Origin: an uncultured Eubacteriales bacterium
GTDB taxonomy: Bacteria; Bacillota; Clostridia; Christensenellales; DTU072
Direction: 5' to 3'
DNA: 64,000 nucleotides
NCBI GenBank assembly: GCA_949292905.1
Contig: CASFAV010000006.1
Location: 67,456 to 131,455, forward strand
The notes under the pieces were generated by a model. The model was not told where the DNA came from. It searched no databases and was given only the letters and a program-made list of their open reading frames with translations. This document shows, piece after piece, positions 1 to 8,831 of the stretch (within the stretch, counting starts at the first letter, position 1; the number at the start of each line of letters is the position of its first letter). The position numbers and the translations under genes were made by a program.

Positions 1-39
1 TTGATAATGGAGTTTCAACGACTCTTTGGCATAATCCAT
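1..39 (-). CDS. 5' end of a CDS running off the left edge (13 codons visible: MDYAKESLKLHYQ); product not assignable
   Basis: ATG at 39-37 on the minus strand, preceded by GGAGGA (complement of 51-56), and open to position 1. The N-terminus vaguely recalls malic enzymes, but 13 aa is too short to name. Confidence 0.3.
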   Translation of the reverse strand, partial: MDYAKESLKLHYQ

Positions 40-169
40 ATTTTATAATATCCTCCGGGACAGATTATTTGTTGTATAGGCGCTTATCGGCGCGCTTTTC
101 GCTAAAATGATAGCATAAGCGGTCTGTTAAGTCAATCGAACGGGTCGTTTTGATACGTTAACGGCGCTT

Positions 170-1330
170 TTACTCCGCCGCGGACGCGTTTACCGAACGT
201 GGGAAAGCGACTTTTTCTGTCTCCGCGCTTTCATCGCTCGATATGACGTACGTCGTGAAGGAGCCGTCCGTTTTAAGATCGATCACTCTCGCGTGCATGG
301 GCGTAGAAGCATCCTCGTAGGACTGCGCCTGACATGCGGGCGTTACCGCGAGCAGCATCTCTTTTCCGTCGCGTTCGTAGACGAGAGTGGCGCTGTTGTA
401 GTGGTTGTGTCCGAAGAAGACGCCCGTTACGTCGCCGCGCGTGAAGCAGGCTTCGAATATCGGCGAACGCGTATCGGCGGGGGATATCCCCGTGTAGAGA
501 CCGGCGAGCGCGCCGCCCGCTTCGTAAGCTTCCTGCACCTCTATGAAAGGAATGTGTGTGAACAGCAGCGAGGGGACGAGCCTGCCGGTTTCGCTTTCGA
601 GCCGCACGGATTCGTCAAGGTACCATTCCGTCTGCTCTTCGGTTATGCTGAGATACGGGTGACCGGACGAACGGTACGAACCGGAGTCGAGAACGTAGAC
701 GTTGTAGGCGACGGCGCCGTCCGCCGTATGGATCGGTATCGAGTAATTTCCCACGAAATCGTCCTTGGCACTTTCGTCCGCTTCGAAAACGGCGGCTTTG
801 AAGTTTTCTCCGTCCTCGAAACCGCCCACGAAATATTCGTATTCGGTGAGCACCTTCAAGAAATCCGCTTTCGAGCGTGCGGATTCGGAGTCGTGATTGC
901 CGAAAGTGCAGGTCCAGTATTGTTCGCGCGTTTCGAAAAGTTCGGCTATCGCGCGATACGTTTTGATGCTCACGCCGTCGTCGCTCAAGTCGCTCAACCA
1001 GTTGAGGCTGAAGATGTTATCGCCGCCGAGCACCACGAGATCGGGCGAATATTCGTTGAGCGCGGAATTCACGTAATCCGTAAGAAGGGGTTTCAGGTTT
1101 TCCTGATGCTCGATATTCATGAAGCCTTCCTTTTCTATTCCCATCCATTCGTGGAAATCGCACAAGTGAAGTATGCGGAAACCGCCTTCCGCGTCGAAAG
1201 AGAGGGCGGGCGTGCCTACTGAGTAGGGAAGGGGCGTCTCGTCGCGGGACGTCTTTGCGAAAGCGAAAGCCAGGACCGCCAAAGTGACAACTGTCAGCAA
1301 TACCGCCGTTAAGGTCCTTAATTTTTTCAT
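170..1330 (-). CDS. secreted metallophosphoesterase (calcineurin-like)
   Basis: 386-aa ORF with an N-terminal signal peptide (MKKLRTLTAVLLTVVTLAVLAFAFA). Metallophosphoesterase motifs are present: LCDFH, GGDNIF, GNHD, GHNH. The start lies 1 nt after the gdh stop. Confidence 0.85.
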   Translation of the reverse strand: MKKLRTLTAVLLTVVTLAVLAFAFAKTSRDETPLPYSVGTPALSFDAEGGFRILHLCDFHEWMGIEKEGFMNIEHQENLKPLLTDYVNSALNEYSPDLVVLGGDNIFSLNWLSDLSDDGVSIKTYRAIAELFETREQYWTCTFGNHDSESARSKADFLKVLTEYEYFVGGFEDGENFKAAVFEADESAKDDFVGNYSIPIHTADGAVAYNVYVLDSGSYRSSGHPYLSITEEQTEWYLDESVRLESETGRLVPSLLFTHIPFIEVQEAYEAGGALAGLYTGISPADTRSPIFEACFTRGDVTGVFFGHNHYNSATLVYERDGKEMLLAVTPACQAQSYEDASTPMHARVIDLKTDGSFTTYVISSDESAETEKVAFPRSVNASAAE

Positions 1331-1331
1331 T

Positions 1332-2594
1332 TTAGAAAAATCCTCTCGCTTTGCGCGCTTTTACCAGTCTTGCGAGCGCCACGATATACGCCGCGCTGCG
1401 CAGATCGGAGGAATACTTTTCCGCAGCGTGCACCACGTCGGCGAAAGCGCGTACCATTATGTCGCGCATTTTACCGTTGACTTCCTCTTTGCTCCAGTAG
1501 TAATTCATATTGTTCTGTACCCATTCGAAATAGGATACGACCACGCCCCCGGCGTTCACGAGAATGTCGGGGAAGACTTTTATGCCGCGTTCGACGAGTA
1601 TCGCGTCGGCTTCGACGGTAGTGGGACCGTTGGCGGCTTCGACGACGAAGCGCGCTTTGACGTCGCGGGCGTTCGCCGCGGTTATCTGATTCTCGAGAGC
1701 GGCGGGGATCAGTACGTCGCATTCGGAAGTAAGCAGTTCGTCGTTGCCAATGTGTTTCACGCCTTCGCGCGAATAATCCTTGAGAAGCCCGCCTCCGTTC
1801 ACGAAGGAAAGTATCTCTTTTACGTCCAGTCCTTTTTCGCGGTAAACGCCGCCCGACACGTCGCTCATCGCGGAAACGGTCGAACCGAGCTCCGCGGCGA
1901 TGAGCGCGGCGCTCACACCGCCCACGTTGCCGGTCCCCTGTATAGCCACGACGGCTTCTTTCGGCTTGATACCGTAACGCTTGAATATCTCGCCCACGAT
2001 AGTGCGCACTCCTCTTCCGGTGGCTTCCTTTCTTCCGAGCGAGCCGCCCAGAATAACGTCTTTACCGGTCACGAAGGCGGGTACGAAATTCCCTCCCGAC
2101 AGCACGGAGCAGGTATCCGTAAACCAGTTCATGATCTGCGCGTTGGTGCCTACGTCGGGAGCGGGGATGTCGCGCTGAGGACCTATTACGGGAAATATCG
2201 CCGCTGTATAAGCGCGCGTCAGTCTTTCGAGTTCCGCTTCGCTCAGTCCGGAGGGATCGACCGCCACTCCGCCTTTGCCGCCACCGTAAGGGATGTTGAC
2301 TACGGCGCATTTGAAGGTCATCCAACCGGAGAGCGCTTTGACTTCGTCGATATTAACGCCCGGATGATAGCGTATGCCGCCTTTGCACGGTCCGCAAAGG
2401 GAGCTGTGCTGAACGCGGTAACCGTCGTAATAATCGACGGTGCCGTCGTCGCGGCGCAGAGACAACGCCACCTTGAGCTCGCGTTCGGGGTGCTTCAGGA
2501 ATTCATAGTCTTCTTTAGCCAGCCCGCACGTCGCCGCTGCCCGGTCTATAGTGAGACACAGTTCGTTGAAAGGATTATATTTTTCGTCGCGCAT
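1332..2594 (-). CDS. gdhA: NAD(P)-specific glutamate dehydrogenase
   Basis: Glu/Leu/Phe/Val dehydrogenase signature KGGIRYHP...VVNIPYGGGKGG plus a GTGNVG Rossmann motif. I chose the ATG at 2594 (MRDEKYNPF), which has GAGGAGG 5 nt upstream, rather than the longer ORF start at 2651. Confidence 0.95.
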   Translation of the reverse strand: MRDEKYNPFNELCLTIDRAAATCGLAKEDYEFLKHPERELKVALSLRRDDGTVDYYDGYRVQHSSLCGPCKGGIRYHPGVNIDEVKALSGWMTFKCAVVNIPYGGGKGGVAVDPSGLSEAELERLTRAYTAAIFPVIGPQRDIPAPDVGTNAQIMNWFTDTCSVLSGGNFVPAFVTGKDVILGGSLGRKEATGRGVRTIVGEIFKRYGIKPKEAVVAIQGTGNVGGVSAALIAAELGSTVSAMSDVSGGVYREKGLDVKEILSFVNGGGLLKDYSREGVKHIGNDELLTSECDVLIPAALENQITAANARDVKARFVVEAANGPTTVEADAILVERGIKVFPDILVNAGGVVVSYFEWVQNNMNYYWSKEEVNGKMRDIMVRAFADVVHAAEKYSSDLRSAAYIVALARLVKARKARGFF

Positions 2595-2722
2595 ATCTAC
2601 CTCCTCACGATATATATTATACTTGTCCGCGCGCGTGAATTCAAGAGTCAAACTTTCCGAAAAAACGAAAAAAACGTTCGTAAGGTATTGAAGACTGTTC
2701 CCCGTAGTGTTAAACTGTCGGT

Positions 2723-3412
2723 ATGAAAGTGAAAGTGAACGGCGTGGAATTGTATTACGAAAGGACGGGAAGCGGACGTCCGCTCGTGCTTCTGCACGGC
2801 AACGGGGAAGATCATAAGATCTTCGACAGCTTCTTGCCGCTCGTCAAGGACGAATTCACCGTGTATGCGTTGGATTCGAGGAGCCACGGCCAAAGTTCGC
2901 GCGCAAAGCTCGATTACCGCGAGATGGCGCGCGACGTCGAGGGATTCATCGAAGCTTCGGGACTTGTGAAACCCGTCGTGGCGGGCTTTTCCGACGGGGG
3001 CATCGTAGCCCTCATGATTGCCGCAGCCGGCAGGGCGGATATCCGCGCGATAGCCGCGTTCGGCGCCAACTCTAAGCCCGAAGGGATCAAACGCCGTTGG
3101 CGATTTTTATTCAAATTGGGATACTTTTTCACACATTCCGAGTACCTTAAATTAATGATAGAAGAACCGCACATCTCGTCGGAGGAGCTTAAAGCGATAA
3201 AGGTGCCCGCGCTTATCACGGTGGGCGAACGGGATATGATATACCCCGAGCACGTCAAAAGCATCGCCGACGGTATTTCAGGCGCGGAGTTTGTCGAAGT
3301 GCCCGGCGAGGGACACGCTTCTTACGTTACCGACGGTAAGAAGCTTTATTCTGTAGCCGGAGAATTTCTCGGGAGGATGAACGATCGATATGAACGAGCA
3401 ACACGAAATTAA
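2723..3412 (+). CDS. alpha/beta hydrolase
   Basis: 229 aa with an LLHGNGEDH oxyanion region and a GFSDGG nucleophile elbow. Confidence 0.8.
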   Translation: MKVKVNGVELYYERTGSGRPLVLLHGNGEDHKIFDSFLPLVKDEFTVYALDSRSHGQSSRAKLDYREMARDVEGFIEASGLVKPVVAGFSDGGIVALMIAAAGRADIRAIAAFGANSKPEGIKRRWRFLFKLGYFFTHSEYLKLMIEEPHISSEELKAIKVPALITVGERDMIYPEHVKSIADGISGAEFVEVPGEGHASYVTDGKKLYSVAGEFLGRMNDRYERATRN

Positions 3413-4406
3413 AAAGCCCACGCCCCTTCTCGACGAAAAAGGCGCGCTCGCCGAACCGGGATATTGCAAGCGCAATCTTTTTATTTACGACCGCGCGGCG
3501 ATAACGGCTCCTTCGCTCCGGCTCAAAGAATGGGATTTCTACGAGATATCCGACGGGAAAACGATGGTGCAGGTCAATTTTGCGGACATTTCCTTAGGCG
3601 CCGCGGCTACCGCCGACGTAATAGATTTTTCGAGCGGGAAGAAACTTTCTTCCGCCAAAGTCGTGCTATTCCCGCGGAAGAGGTTTCTTCCGCTCAACGG
3701 CGACGTCGAACACCGCTTCGAATTCGTTAAGGGGAAGACGAAGCTACTTTTCGACGTCACGGAGCGTGCGCGGAAAATATACTTTTCGGACGGGAAACTT
3801 GAGATAGATATTACCGCGCGGCGCGATCCCGCCGCCGAATCGATAACGATAGCCACTCCGTTCAAAAAGCGCAACCGCTTTTTCTATACCAACAAGATAA
3901 ACTGCATGCCAGCGCGTGGCACGGTAAGATATCGCGGGGAAACATTCAAAGAGTTTTCGGAGGAAGATACCTTTGCCGTGCTCGACTGGGGCAGGGGAGT
4001 GTGGCCTTACAGCAATTACTGGTACTGGGCGAACGGCTCTGCGCGGCTTGAGGACGGTAAGCTTTTCGGCTTCGAACTCACCTGGGGTATAGGCGACGAG
4101 TCCCACGCCACGGAAACGATGCTTTTTTACGACGGCAAAGCTCACAAAATAGGCGCCGTCGACGTCGAAACGCCTCCCGACGGCAGGTGGACGGAGCCGT
4201 GGCATTTTATTTCCGAGGACGGCAGGCTGGATCTTACTATGGTGCCTTTTTACGACAACTTCAATCCCTTTAACCTCGGCGTGGTGAAATTCACCTGTCA
4301 TCAGGTGCACGGCTTGTGGTCGGGGCGCGTCGTACTCGACGACGGCAAGATTATCGAGGTCCGGGATATGTACGCCTTCGCCGAAAAAATGTACAACAGA
4401 TGGTAA
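3390..4406 (+). CDS. DUF2804-family protein
   Basis: 338 aa. The N-terminal pattern LLDEKGALAEPGY...LKEWDFYEI and the Trp-rich C-terminal half match my memory of DUF2804. GGGAGGA lies upstream. Confidence 0.7.
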   Translation: MNEQHEIKKPTPLLDEKGALAEPGYCKRNLFIYDRAAITAPSLRLKEWDFYEISDGKTMVQVNFADISLGAAATADVIDFSSGKKLSSAKVVLFPRKRFLPLNGDVEHRFEFVKGKTKLLFDVTERARKIYFSDGKLEIDITARRDPAAESITIATPFKKRNRFFYTNKINCMPARGTVRYRGETFKEFSEEDTFAVLDWGRGVWPYSNYWYWANGSARLEDGKLFGFELTWGIGDESHATETMLFYDGKAHKIGAVDVETPPDGRWTEPWHFISEDGRLDLTMVPFYDNFNPFNLGVVKFTCHQVHGLWSGRVVLDDGKIIEVRDMYAFAEKMYNRW

Positions 4407-4436
4407 GAAATTCAAATCGAATTTTCATATAAACAA

Positions 4437-4466
4437 TTGACAAAGCTTCAGGCGCGGCGTTATACT
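4437..4466 (+). promoter_or_regulatory. sigma-70-type promoter of the aromatic operon leader
   Basis: TTGACA (4437-4442), 18-nt spacer, TATACT (4461-4466). Confidence 0.6.
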
Positions 4467-4472
4467 TTAGCT

Positions 4473-4535
4473 ATGAAAAAGCAAAATCTTTCCGTTTACG
4501 CATATTACTTTTACTTTAGCTACGAGGTAGCTTGA
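4473..4535 (+). CDS. candidate leader peptide MKKQNLSVYAYYFYFSYEVA (Tyr/Phe-rich)
   Basis: 20 codons plus TGA, too short to appear in the ORF track. Codons 9-17 (4497-4523) contain 5 Tyr and 2 Phe. The ATG lies 6 nt after the -10 element, so translation would be leaderless. A terminator and the aro operon follow. Confidence 0.55.
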   Translation: MKKQNLSVYAYYFYFSYEVA

Positions 4536-4571
4536 TTTTGCGTAGACGGTAAGGTCATATCTGAGCACACG

Positions 4572-4600
4572 GAAACCGCCTCGCAAGAAGCGGTTTTTTT
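4572..4600 (+). terminator. intrinsic terminator / attenuator ahead of aroF
   Basis: AAACCGC (4573-4579) pairs with GCGGTTT (4590-4596), followed by a run of 7 T. It sits 38 nt before the aroF start. Confidence 0.75.
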
Positions 4601-4638
4601 GATAAAAACATAAACGCGAAGGCGTAAAGAGGTAAAAT

Positions 4639-5655
4639 ATGATAGTAACGATCAAAAGGAACAGCAATCCCGTACAAATCGAGAGGCTTACGCGCTGGAT
4701 CAAGAATCTCGGTCTCGAATGTCACATGAGCGAAGGCGAAAAATCCACCGTCATCGGGCTCGTGGGAGACACGAGCAAGGTGGATATAGATCTTTTGAGG
4801 TCGCTGGAGATAGTGGAAGCGGTCACGCGGATACAGGAGCCTTACAAGAACGCGAACCGTAAATTCCACCCCGACGACACGATAGTCGACGTGAAAGGGG
4901 TGAAGTTTGGCGGCAGTCATTTCCAGATAATCGCGGGACCGTGCTCCATAGAGACCGAAAAACAGGTGATAGGCATCGCCGAAGCCGTCAAGGCGGCGGG
5001 CGCGTCGGTATTGCGCGGCGGCGCTTTCAAGCCGCGCACCTCGCCTTACGCCTTCCAGGGACTGGGTCTCAAAGGACTCGAGATACTTAAGAAAGCTTCC
5101 CGCGAAACGGGACTCCCCATCGTGACGGAGATAATGAGCGAGAAGTACATCGACGCATTCGCGGACGTCGACATCATACAGATAGGCGCGCGCAATATGC
5201 AGAATTTCGATCTTCTGAAAGCGGTAGGCAAACTGCGTAAGCCGATACTTCTGAAGCGCGGGCTCGCCAACACCATAGAGGAATGGCTCATGAGCGCCGA
5301 ATACATCATGTCCGAGGGCAACAACGAGATAATCCTCTGCGAACGCGGCATAAGGACTTTCGAGCCGTACACGAGGAATACGCTCGACCTTTCGGCGATA
5401 CCGCTTCTCAAGGAGAAAACGCATCTTCCCATCATCGTCGACCCTTCGCATGCGTCCGGGCTGTCGAGACTCGTCAAACCGTTGTCGCTCGCTTCGGTGG
5501 GCGTGGGCGCGGACGGGCTCATGATAGAAGTGCACAACGATCCGCAACACGCCCTTTGCGACGGAGCGCAGTCGCTTCGTCCCGATCAGTTCGCCGACGT
5601 CGTCAAAGCCGTCGACGTGATGCTTCCGCTCGTCAATAAGGAGAGAGACAAGTGA
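4639..5655 (+). CDS. aroF: 3-deoxy-7-phosphoheptulonate (DAHP) synthase, type I-beta, with N-terminal regulatory domain
   Basis: 338 aa with the LRGGAFKPRTSPYAFQGLG motif. The roughly 65-aa N-terminal extension is like the Thermotoga-type ferredoxin-like regulatory domain. Confidence 0.93.
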   Translation: MIVTIKRNSNPVQIERLTRWIKNLGLECHMSEGEKSTVIGLVGDTSKVDIDLLRSLEIVEAVTRIQEPYKNANRKFHPDDTIVDVKGVKFGGSHFQIIAGPCSIETEKQVIGIAEAVKAAGASVLRGGAFKPRTSPYAFQGLGLKGLEILKKASRETGLPIVTEIMSEKYIDAFADVDIIQIGARNMQNFDLLKAVGKLRKPILLKRGLANTIEEWLMSAEYIMSEGNNEIILCERGIRTFEPYTRNTLDLSAIPLLKEKTHLPIIVDPSHASGLSRLVKPLSLASVGVGADGLMIEVHNDPQHALCDGAQSLRPDQFADVVKAVDVMLPLVNKERDK

Positions 5656-6506
5656 AAATCGGTATCGTAGGACTGGGATTGATAGGCGGCTCGCTCGGCA
5701 GACAGATAATACGCAATACCTCGCACACGGTGTACGGCTACGACATTTCCGAAGACGCCATGCTTAAGGCGCAGATGCTGAACGCCTGTCACGAAAGGCT
5801 TGACGTCGAAGCGGAGCGGATGGATCTGGACTTGTTGATCGTGGCGCTCTGCCCCGAAGCCGCCATAAAAGTTATTCGCGAATTCGCGCCGCGCATGAAA
5901 AAGGGCTCGATAATCATAGATACCTGCGGCACAAAGCGCAAAGTCGTCGCGGCGATGGGCGCGTTGAAGGACGAATATCCCGACGTGGGCTTCGTCGGCG
6001 TGCACCCGATGGCGGGCAGGGAATACAGCGGCATATCTCATTCCACCGCCACTCTTTTCGAACACGCTTACATAATCCTCACTCCGGTACGTACGGATCT
6101 CGAAGCCGAAGAGAAGATAAGAGCGTTTTTCCTCGAGGCTGGTTGCGAGGGGATAACCACGGCGAGCGCCGCGACGCACGACAGGATGATAGCCTACACG
6201 TCGCAACTCGCTCACGTCGTTTCCTCCGCTTATATCCGCAATCCGCTTTCGGAGACTTACGTCGGCTTTTCCGCAGGAAGCTTCAGGGATCTGACGAGAG
6301 TGGCGAAACTGAACCCCGATATGTGGACGGAACTTTTCACCGAGAATAAGGACAATCTCGTCGAATGTATAGACGTACTTCAGCAGAAATTATCGGAATA
6401 CCGCGACGCGCTCGTAGCGGGCGATAACGCTAAACTTCACGCCGCGCTCAAGGAAGGAACGATGATGAAAGAGGCGGCGGAGAAATTGAGGAGAGACAGG
6501 AAATGA
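5652..6506 (+). CDS. tyrA: prephenate dehydrogenase
   Basis: GTG start overlapping the aroF stop. MKIGIVGLGLIGGSLG Rossmann motif and the GVHPMAG motif. Confidence 0.9.
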   Translation: MKIGIVGLGLIGGSLGRQIIRNTSHTVYGYDISEDAMLKAQMLNACHERLDVEAERMDLDLLIVALCPEAAIKVIREFAPRMKKGSIIIDTCGTKRKVVAAMGALKDEYPDVGFVGVHPMAGREYSGISHSTATLFEHAYIILTPVRTDLEAEEKIRAFFLEAGCEGITTASAATHDRMIAYTSQLAHVVSSAYIRNPLSETYVGFSAGSFRDLTRVAKLNPDMWTELFTENKDNLVECIDVLQQKLSEYRDALVAGDNAKLHAALKEGTMMKEAAEKLRRDRK

Positions 6507-7762
6507 GCGTCAAAGCCGTTCGCCCGCATAGGCTCGAGGGAGTAGTAAATATCCCCGCTTCCAAGTCATACGGACACAGACTTCTTATTGAAAGTTTCGC
6601 TTCGGGTAACCCCGTGACAGTAAAAGGTAACCTAATCGGCGACGATATTGAAGCCACCGTCGGGTGCCTCAGGTCTTGCGGAACAAGGATAGAGCGCTCG
6701 GAGCGCGGTATAAAAGTGATCCCCTCCGATAAGCCCGCGAAGCGCGCCGACGTGTTCTGTAAGGAGTCGGGCTCCACGTTGAGATTTTTGATGTCGGTGT
6801 TGCCCGCCGTGGGAGTAGAAGCCTCTTTTTCGGGATCGGGCGAGCTTCCTTCGCGCCCCGTGGGCGCGCTTCTCGACTGCCTTGCCGAGGCGGGAGTTAC
6901 CGCGGACAAGCCGCGGCTTCCGTTTACGTTGCGCGGAAGCTTCGCGCGCGGAACGCGCTTCGTGCTCAAGGAACTCAAAAGCTCGCAGGACGTAAGCGGA
7001 CTTCTCATGGCTATGCCTTTGATAGAGGGCGCTTCTCTGGAGATAGAGGGCGCGCTTCCGTCCGAAGGGTACGTTTCGGTCACTCTTGAAACGCTGGAGG
7101 CTTTCGGGGTGCGTTACGAGCGGAAAGGCAACGCCTACCGTCCGTTGAACTCTTACGGCGCGCCGAGCGAGGTGGAAGCGGAAGGGGACTGGAGCAGCGC
7201 CGCTTTCATTGCTGTCGCGGGCGTGCTTACCGGTGAAACGGAGATAAAGGGATTGAAATATCCCTCCCTTCAGCCCGATTCCGCTATCGTAGGGCTTCTT
7301 AAAGAAGCGGGCGCGGATATAGGTTTTGCGGGCGGCGCGCTCGTAGCGCGTAGATCCGCGCTACGAGCGATCGAATTCGACGCCGACGGTTGCCCCGATC
7401 TGGTGCCGGCGATGTCGGTAGCTCTCGCCGCGGCGAAAGGAGTTTCCGTCATACGCGGCGTGGACAGACTGCGTTTCAAGGAGTCGGACAGGATAGCTTC
7501 CGTCATAAACATGCTTAAGGAGTTCGGCATACGCGCGGAGTACGCGGAGAACGGACTTAAAATTTACGGAGGGGAGCTCGCGGGCGGCGGAGTAGTCGAC
7601 GGCGCCGGCGATCACAGGATAGCCATGAGCGCCGCAATAGCGGCTTCGGCGGCTTCGGGAGATAAGGAAACGCTCGTTCGCGGCGCGGAATGCGTGTCCA
7701 AATCATATCCCTGTTTTTACGAAGATATCGCCGTGCTCGGAGGAATAGTGTATGAAAGGTGA
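6503..7762 (+). CDS. aroA: 3-phosphoshikimate 1-carboxyvinyltransferase (EPSP synthase)
   Basis: 419 aa with IPASKSYGHR, the ...DHRIAM motif and KESDR. ATGA overlap with tyrA. Confidence 0.93.
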   Translation: MSVKAVRPHRLEGVVNIPASKSYGHRLLIESFASGNPVTVKGNLIGDDIEATVGCLRSCGTRIERSERGIKVIPSDKPAKRADVFCKESGSTLRFLMSVLPAVGVEASFSGSGELPSRPVGALLDCLAEAGVTADKPRLPFTLRGSFARGTRFVLKELKSSQDVSGLLMAMPLIEGASLEIEGALPSEGYVSVTLETLEAFGVRYERKGNAYRPLNSYGAPSEVEAEGDWSSAAFIAVAGVLTGETEIKGLKYPSLQPDSAIVGLLKEAGADIGFAGGALVARRSALRAIEFDADGCPDLVPAMSVALAAAKGVSVIRGVDRLRFKESDRIASVINMLKEFGIRAEYAENGLKIYGGELAGGGVVDGAGDHRIAMSAAIAASAASGDKETLVRGAECVSKSYPCFYEDIAVLGGIVYER

Positions 7763-8822
7763 CGTTTTGACCGTAGAAGTATACGGCGCTTCGCACGCCG
7801 TCGCCACAGGCGTGAAAATTACCGGTATTCCCGCAGGGACGGAAATAGATCGCGCGGCGATAGACGCGCTTCTCTTAAGAAGGCGCGCGGTCAACGCCCC
7901 GTGGTCCACTTCGCGTATCGAGAAGGACGAATACGTTTTTTCGGGAGGCGTGGAGAACGGTATCGCCAACGGCGGCACGATAACCGCTGAAATACCGAAT
8001 ACGAATACGAGAAGTTCCGATTACGGCGAATTCAGGAACGTTCCGCGTCCCTCTCACGCCGACTACGCGGCGATGGTAAAGGACGGCACCCGCGAGGTAG
8101 CGCCGGGAGGGGGCAGATTTTCGGGAAGGATGACCGCGCCTCTTTGCATAGCGGGCGGTATCGCGGAAGGTATGCTCGTGAAGAAAGGAGTGTACGTATG
8201 CGCTTACGTCTCTTCGATAGGCAACGTAGAAGGCAGAAGCTATAAAGAGGGCGTTCCCGCGCGGGAAGAGGTGTCCGACGCGCAACGCTTTCCGTTACCC
8301 GCGCTCGACAAGCGTGAGGAAATGCTTGAGGAGATAATCGCCGCCGCTTCGGCGGGCGACAGCGTGGGCGGTACTGTAGAATGCGCGGTCTACGGTCTTC
8401 CCGCGGGGATAGGCGACTATATGACCGACGGCATGGAGTCCGCGATAGCGGCGAGCGTGTACGGCGTGCCCGCGGTGAAGGGAGTGGAATTCGGGGACGG
8501 TTTTTCTCTTTCGCGCATGCGCGGAAGCGAAGCCAACGATCCTTTCGCCTACAAGGACGGCAAGGTCGTCACGCTCACCAACAGAAGCGGCGGTATCAAC
8601 GGCGGTATCACCAACGGAATGCCGCTCACGCTGCGCGTGGCGGTAAGACCGACGCCGTCGATAGCGAAGGAACAGCGTAGCGTAAACGTACTGACGAGAG
8701 AGAACGTCATATTGAGAATAAAAGGGCGCCACGACGCCTGTATAGTCCCGCGCGCGGTCGCGGCGGTGGAAAGCGCGGTAGCGCTGGCGGTGCTCGATAA
8801 AATGCTTGCCGAAGGTAAGTGA
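7752..8822 (+). CDS. aroC: chorismate synthase
   Basis: 356 aa with the motifs RPSHADY, GGGRFSGRMTA and GRHDACIVPRA. Confidence 0.93.
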   Translation: MKGDVLTVEVYGASHAVATGVKITGIPAGTEIDRAAIDALLLRRRAVNAPWSTSRIEKDEYVFSGGVENGIANGGTITAEIPNTNTRSSDYGEFRNVPRPSHADYAAMVKDGTREVAPGGGRFSGRMTAPLCIAGGIAEGMLVKKGVYVCAYVSSIGNVEGRSYKEGVPAREEVSDAQRFPLPALDKREEMLEEIIAAASAGDSVGGTVECAVYGLPAGIGDYMTDGMESAIAASVYGVPAVKGVEFGDGFSLSRMRGSEANDPFAYKDGKVVTLTNRSGGINGGITNGMPLTLRVAVRPTPSIAKEQRSVNVLTRENVILRIKGRHDACIVPRAVAAVESAVALAVLDKMLAEGK

Positions 8823-8831
8823 GGAAGGGAT

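Noticed and set aside
4407-4638. T-box or other riboswitch in the 230-nt aroF upstream region.
   Set aside because: There is no T-box sequence (..GGGTGGTACCGCG-like), no specifier-loop context and no recognisable riboswitch core. The leader-peptide model explains the terminator better.
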